Positions 60,068 through 64,000 of a DNA stretch of 64,000 nucleotides are shown here, piece after piece. The position numbers and the translations under genes are program-made. This DNA is from Promethearchaeota archaeon (lineage in GTDB: Archaea; Asgardarchaeota; Lokiarchaeia; Sigyniarchaeales; SOKP01), in the NCBI GenBank assembly GCA_016839705.1, contig JAEOTR010000060.1, positions 64,001 through 128,000 of the forward strand, read 5' to 3'. The notes beneath the pieces were generated by a model, which was given only the letters and a program-made list of their open reading frames with translations, searched no databases and was not told the DNA's origin. Numbering within the stretch: the stretch's first letter is position 1; every line of letters starts with the position of its first letter.

Positions 60068-60454
60068 ATGACAAAAATAGAAGAACTCCAAGAATTTGGA
60101 CTTGAAATCACCGATGACCTAAAAGAAGGCAAGGTTATCCTCGATGTATACACTGAAATTTGAGTGAATATATCACTCAAACAGGATTGGTGTGGACCTT
60201 GCAAATTTGTTAGCCCTGTTCTAGAGAAACTGAAGAATGAAGGATTAATTAAGTTATTGAAAGAGGACTTAGATAAAAATCGACCACTCGGCGAAAGATT
60301 TGGAATTACTGCCATACCAACATTGCTTTTTTTCAAAAATGGTGAACTCTTAAACCACCCGATAGAAGTTCAGGGCCAAATGCTAGTAAGAAATGGTGTG
60401 ATGGTGGGGGCTGCCGGGGAGCCTATTTTAAGACAAATTATTGACCAGATGTAG
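60068..60454 (+). CDS. trxA: Thioredoxin, split by a candidate 30-nt intron (exons 60068-60157 and 60188-60454, 118 aa)
   Basis: Exon 1 MTKIEELQEFGLEITDDLKEGKVILDVYTE joins exon 2 WCGPCKFVSPVLEKL...GITAIPTLLFFKNG; the unspliced frame has TGA at 60161. Confidence 0.85.
60158..60187 (+). other. Candidate BHB-type intron in thioredoxin mRNA
   Basis: ATTTGAGTGAATATATCACTCAAACAGGAT; perfect 9-bp stem TTTGAGTGA/TCACTCAAA; flanking ACTG/CAGG helix with 3-nt bulges AAA and ATT. Confidence 0.72.
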
Positions 60455-60529
60455 AATTTGGAAGGAATACATTACTTTTTTATTTCATTTTTTTATTTAA
60501 GTAAAAGGAATCTCATTTTAGCAAATTGA

Positions 60530-60778
60530 TCATCCCTTTCTTAGTAAGGTCGTAACTTTTCTATAATCTGCATCATTTTCAGTAATAACCGTTTTCAGGG
60601 CTTGAAATTTGTAGTGAAGCTTTGAGTTGTCTTCAGATTTTATCAATTTCTCAATTGAGTTAAGTTTGGAATTCAATTTTTTTCTAATTTTCCTTAATCT
60701 ATAAGTTTCATATAGAAGATCTAATTGATTATAATCTTCAATTCTCTGAATTGGCTCTTTAAATTTAATTTCTGTCAT
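60530..60778 (-). CDS. Small hypothetical coiled-coil protein
   Basis: 82-aa ATG ORF with plausible composition; no motif recognised. Confidence 0.55.
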   Translation of the reverse strand: MTEIKFKEPIQRIEDYNQLDLLYETYRLRKIRKKLNSKLNSIEKLIKSEDNSKLHYKFQALKTVITENDADYRKVTTLLRKG

Positions 60779-60879
60779 TTTTTTGGTTAGAAATATTTCA
60801 GTGATAAAGAATAAATTCTTGTATATTTAAACAAAAAAAAAGAGAATTTTTTATATATAAAAAAATAATTAAAAAAGGT

Positions 60880-61125
60880 TTGAAGTTTAAGATTTTTGTT
60901 GAAACGCAAGAAAATGAAGTTTATAAAATACGGATGAGAAGGAGTAAGCAACCAACGAAAATTCAAAAAGAAATAGTAAGTAAGATAAGCTCATATAAAA
61001 CTGATAAGAAGTTTAATTCTGTTGAGATTCAATTGGAACTCCATGAAAAATTATTAGATATTTATTTAATGCACTCTGACAGGCAAACTAAAACACTTTT
61101 AGATTTTAAGTCTATTGCTAAATAA
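60880..61125 (+). CDS. Small hypothetical protein
   Basis: 81-aa TTG ORF; C-terminal QTKTLLDF is weakly PIP-box-like. Confidence 0.45.
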   Translation: MKFKIFVETQENEVYKIRMRRSKQPTKIQKEIVSKISSYKTDKKFNSVEIQLELHEKLLDIYLMHSDRQTKTLLDFKSIAK

Positions 61126-61240
61126 GAATATAATTCTTCTTAGTATAACATTGTTAGTATAAATCATACGAATAATCTGTTAAAACGGTTACAAATTTTT
61201 TATTTAATGCTATTTTTTCAATATTAAATTAAACATAGGA

Positions 61241-61768
61241 TTGCATAATAGAAAGATGAATTATACAAGGGCAGATTTAACGCAAACGGATGCAACCATG
61301 AACCAGATGAGAAATGCTGTGTATGAGTTAGCTCGATTCATGGAGAAAAATGGGATAGCAGATTTAAAGAATAAATTAAGGAAGATGGGAAGAAATATTG
61401 CCAGAACCTACGTTCGATACTGGAAACCAACAAATCAAGTTATTGACTCCAATTTAAAAGACGTAATTACAACTATTTATCAAAAAATTCTCAACAGTTC
61501 TGTTTCTATTGAAGTTGTTGATAATGAAAATTTGGTTAAAGTTCAAGATTATAAATGTGCTTTATGCAAATATCAGTACGATGATATAGAAATAGCAGGG
61601 TGTGAGATTATCTTAGGAATGGTGTCTGAAATCATAAACCTTATCAATGGTGAAGTTAAAAATACCTCTTCTGTATTTATAGAACCATTAGAAGTAGCAG
61701 AATCTCGAGCATATGGGAATAAAGTCTGTATTCAAGTATACAAATACAAAATTGGTGAGGGGAGTTAG
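61241..61768 (+). CDS. V4R / TRAPP Bet3-like domain protein
   Basis: LKNKLRKMGRNIA helix, KCALC, GCEIILGMVSEII and ESRAYGNKVC. Confidence 0.65.
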   Translation: MHNRKMNYTRADLTQTDATMNQMRNAVYELARFMEKNGIADLKNKLRKMGRNIARTYVRYWKPTNQVIDSNLKDVITTIYQKILNSSVSIEVVDNENLVKVQDYKCALCKYQYDDIEIAGCEIILGMVSEIINLINGEVKNTSSVFIEPLEVAESRAYGNKVCIQVYKYKIGEGS

Positions 61769-61770
61769 AA

Positions 61771-63240
61771 ATGGGTGCTTTTCAATGGTTAATGAAAAAA
61801 ATTACGAAGGTTTTTGGGCATTCTACTAACGCTCTTTTTTACACACTGCTTTATAGGGAAATTCTTAAGGAAATAAACGTGATTACTAATAAAGAGGAAG
61901 ATAGTCTTGCAATCCTTAAAGAAATTGGCAAGAGAGCTGCATACGAATCATGTGAACGCCATTCAAGCATCTTTAAATTTATGCCAGGATCTCCTAAAAA
62001 GATCTTAGAATATTTTGAGATTCTATGGGTCGTTGTATTTGGAAGAGAGTTAGACGATTATTCTTATGAAGAAATTTCTAAAGAGGATTCAAAGTATAAT
62101 GATTATATTTTAAGTATTAGCAAGTGTCCTATATGTGCAGGTTATGGTCAAGATACTGAAGATACTTTTGATTTTAGTAAAACAAAAAATGAGAAAACAG
62201 AAGGTTTAGCGTGTGGATTATGTGGGATGCTGGAAAGTGTTGCTAATTTTATACTAAAAATAAAGAGAAATGATTATAGAATTCAAATAATTGAACAAGA
62301 CTGTATAGCAAAGGGTGGAGATTCACTACAATTTGTCTGTAAAATATATGACTATAATCAATGGAAAGAACTTATGGATTCAAAGGATCCCCAGAAAGTT
62401 ACAATAGACGCTTATTTTGGAGAACGGTTGGAAGAAGAAATTGTGCAAGAAACCAAACTTGATATTATTGATAAACTCCAAGATGTTATATCAATTGATA
62501 AACTAGAAGAATACCTTGATGAGCCACTTGAAACCATCAAGGAACGTGTTTCTGATATTATTAGAGATAAATTGAACATGGAACCTGACCATTTTTTTGA
62601 CTATTTTAGAAATTATGAGGATGATATGATTAGAATAATTGGATATCTAGGAATTCATCTTCTAAACGAGTATGGTGGAATATTAGAAAAATCTCTCAAA
62701 AATGAATGGCTTGCTAAAGTTTTTGGATATTTATTTAAGCAAGTTAAAGAAATGGTTTTATTATTCATTCCGTTAGATGTGATCCGAGATTACAATGAAT
62801 TACTCGTAAATTTTCTAGAAGGGATGGCGCCAGAAGAAATGATTGATAATATTAAACAGATTACAGGAAGGGATACAATAAATTTGATTTTTGAGGGAGC
62901 CCAAATGGCTCTTGAAAATTTAGGAATTGCGTTCACTGAATTAAAAGAAAATGTGTGGGAAGAATTAAAGAAAGAAAGAGAAGATGGATTAGTTTCATCT
63001 GATTCAACCACAGTTGATAAAACTCGCGAAAGAGTCCCACATATTATCAATATACTTCAAGAAATTTTAATGATAATTACTGATATTCTCACTTTACCAA
63101 TTCGTGTTTTAATTTCTGAAAGCCATTACGGGTTAAAAGCTGCAATAAATTCAGTTATATCTGAAGAAGAAGGATTATATGGTTCAATAAGGGAACGGTT
63201 TGATAACATCTTTGATCAGATCGAAGAGATTAGAAAGTAA
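61771..63240 (+). CDS. V4R / TRAPP Bet3-like N-terminal domain plus long acidic helical C-terminus
   Basis: LFYTLLYREIL...LKEIGKRAA, KCPIC, ACGLCGMLES and EQDCIAKGGD. Confidence 0.65.
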   Translation: MGAFQWLMKKITKVFGHSTNALFYTLLYREILKEINVITNKEEDSLAILKEIGKRAAYESCERHSSIFKFMPGSPKKILEYFEILWVVVFGRELDDYSYEEISKEDSKYNDYILSISKCPICAGYGQDTEDTFDFSKTKNEKTEGLACGLCGMLESVANFILKIKRNDYRIQIIEQDCIAKGGDSLQFVCKIYDYNQWKELMDSKDPQKVTIDAYFGERLEEEIVQETKLDIIDKLQDVISIDKLEEYLDEPLETIKERVSDIIRDKLNMEPDHFFDYFRNYEDDMIRIIGYLGIHLLNEYGGILEKSLKNEWLAKVFGYLFKQVKEMVLLFIPLDVIRDYNELLVNFLEGMAPEEMIDNIKQITGRDTINLIFEGAQMALENLGIAFTELKENVWEELKKEREDGLVSSDSTTVDKTRERVPHIINILQEILMIITDILTLPIRVLISESHYGLKAAINSVISEEEGLYGSIRERFDNIFDQIEEIRK

Positions 63241-63999
63241 TTAATGATTTTTTTTATTACTCTTCTCCTTTTCTTTCAAGTATACCTCATAGAACCAATT
63301 AACGATATATTGATAAAAAAATCGTTCTCGCAAAACATCATAGTGTGATTTTCCCTTTAAACTTGTCAGTTTTGCTATATCTTCAGATTTGATTTTCCCT
63401 TTTTCTACTAATTCCATTCGAGTTATAAATTGATCTTTTAGTTTGATTTTTCTTAAAATTTGGGTAACAGCTTTAGAAATTTTTTCTATAATTTCTTCTA
63501 ATTCAATAGTTTTTATTTGTTGGAAACCATCAATCTGGTATAACTCGTATCTAATTTTCTTTAAAATTGAATTCTTATCATAGAAATTAACTATTTCCTT
63601 ATTACTAAGAAAATCAGATAAAAATTCAATTATTCTCTTTCTAAGGTCAAGCTTTATATCTAAATTTGATAACTCCTTCTCTAATTTATTCAAGAATTTA
63701 TTTCTTAAAAATTGTTTAAATTTAATTATGATCGCTTCAGATTCTTTCTGATCTGAGCATATTTCAATGATTTCTCCTTTAGGAGTAGAATAAGTAAAAC
63801 CCAAACCTTGCGGTCCTAAACCTCCAAGAAGAACCATAGAAATACTATAAAAATTATAGTTATCATTGGCCGTTATATTATCTATATTTTTAAAAATATT
63901 CTCTGGTGCAACAAAGTGTTTTTTTACTTCTTGATACTCATGATTCTCTTCAGCATCATAATAAATCGTTTTATAAATTACATTAAATTCAATAAATTT
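63241..63999 (-). CDS. Hypothetical protein, C-terminal part (frame open to the window end)
   Basis: Reading frame continues without a stop from 63999 through the listed ORF; contains GGLGPQGLGFTYSTPKGE. Confidence 0.75.
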   Translation of the reverse strand, partial: KFIEFNVIYKTIYYDAEENHEYQEVKKHFVAPENIFKNIDNITANDNYNFYSISMVLLGGLGPQGLGFTYSTPKGEIIEICSDQKESEAIIIKFKQFLRNKFLNKLEKELSNLDIKLDLRKRIIEFLSDFLSNKEIVNFYDKNSILKKIRYELYQIDGFQQIKTIELEEIIEKISKAVTQILRKIKLKDQFITRMELVEKGKIKSEDIAKLTSLKGKSHYDVLRERFFYQYIVNWFYEVYLKEKEKSNKKNH

Positions 64000-64000
64000 C

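Noticed and set aside
60161-60163. TGA in thioredoxin as a selenocysteine codon
   Set aside because: It does not align with either Cys of WCGPC. Read-through would insert 10 residues between the beta-strand and the active site, and no convincing SECIS was seen downstream. Intron removal explains the sequence better, though Sec is not formally excluded.
60164-60454. 96-aa GTG-started thioredoxin from the ORF track
   Set aside because: It starts inside the hairpin and lacks the KVILDVY strand, which is encoded in frame upstream of the TGA.
791-63050. Numerous short antisense or overlapping ORFs in the six-frame track
   Set aside because: They are shadows of well-supported genes on the opposite strand or frame and have no motifs of their own.

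Overview
AT-rich archaeal chromosomal window with hallmarks of a Lokiarchaeia (Asgard) genome: a Rab-like small GTPase, Bet3/V4R-like and longin/roadblock-like proteins, a membrane HEAT-repeat protein and an HDAC. It is mostly housekeeping: smc-scpA-scpB, valS, tRNA-Ala(CGC), a glycyl radical enzyme, an orphan adenine MTase, a MoxR-VWA-SWIM trio, coaBC, top6B/top6A, pyrE, GINS, an intein-containing MCM, a transglutaminase-like/DUF4350/MoxR/DUF58 surface operon, cofD/cofE(fbiB), lipS1-ligase-lipS2, leuS, tpiA, hdrC and thioredoxin. The main discovery is in the thioredoxin gene. It is interrupted just before WCGPC by a 30-nt hairpin containing an in-frame TGA, with bulge-helix-bulge-like geometry. 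Removing it restores DVYTEWCGPC, so this is a candidate tRNA-type intron in a protein-coding mRNA. A 30-nt intron with the same layout sits at a non-canonical position in the tRNA-Ala of this window. A second pattern is that several conserved genes (MoxR, MCM, Top6B, DUF58) have no in-frame ATG/GTG/TTG upstream of their conserved N-terminal motifs, which suggests non-canonical start codons (ATA/ATT/ACG). All family assignments are by motif recognition by eye; no database searches were run.
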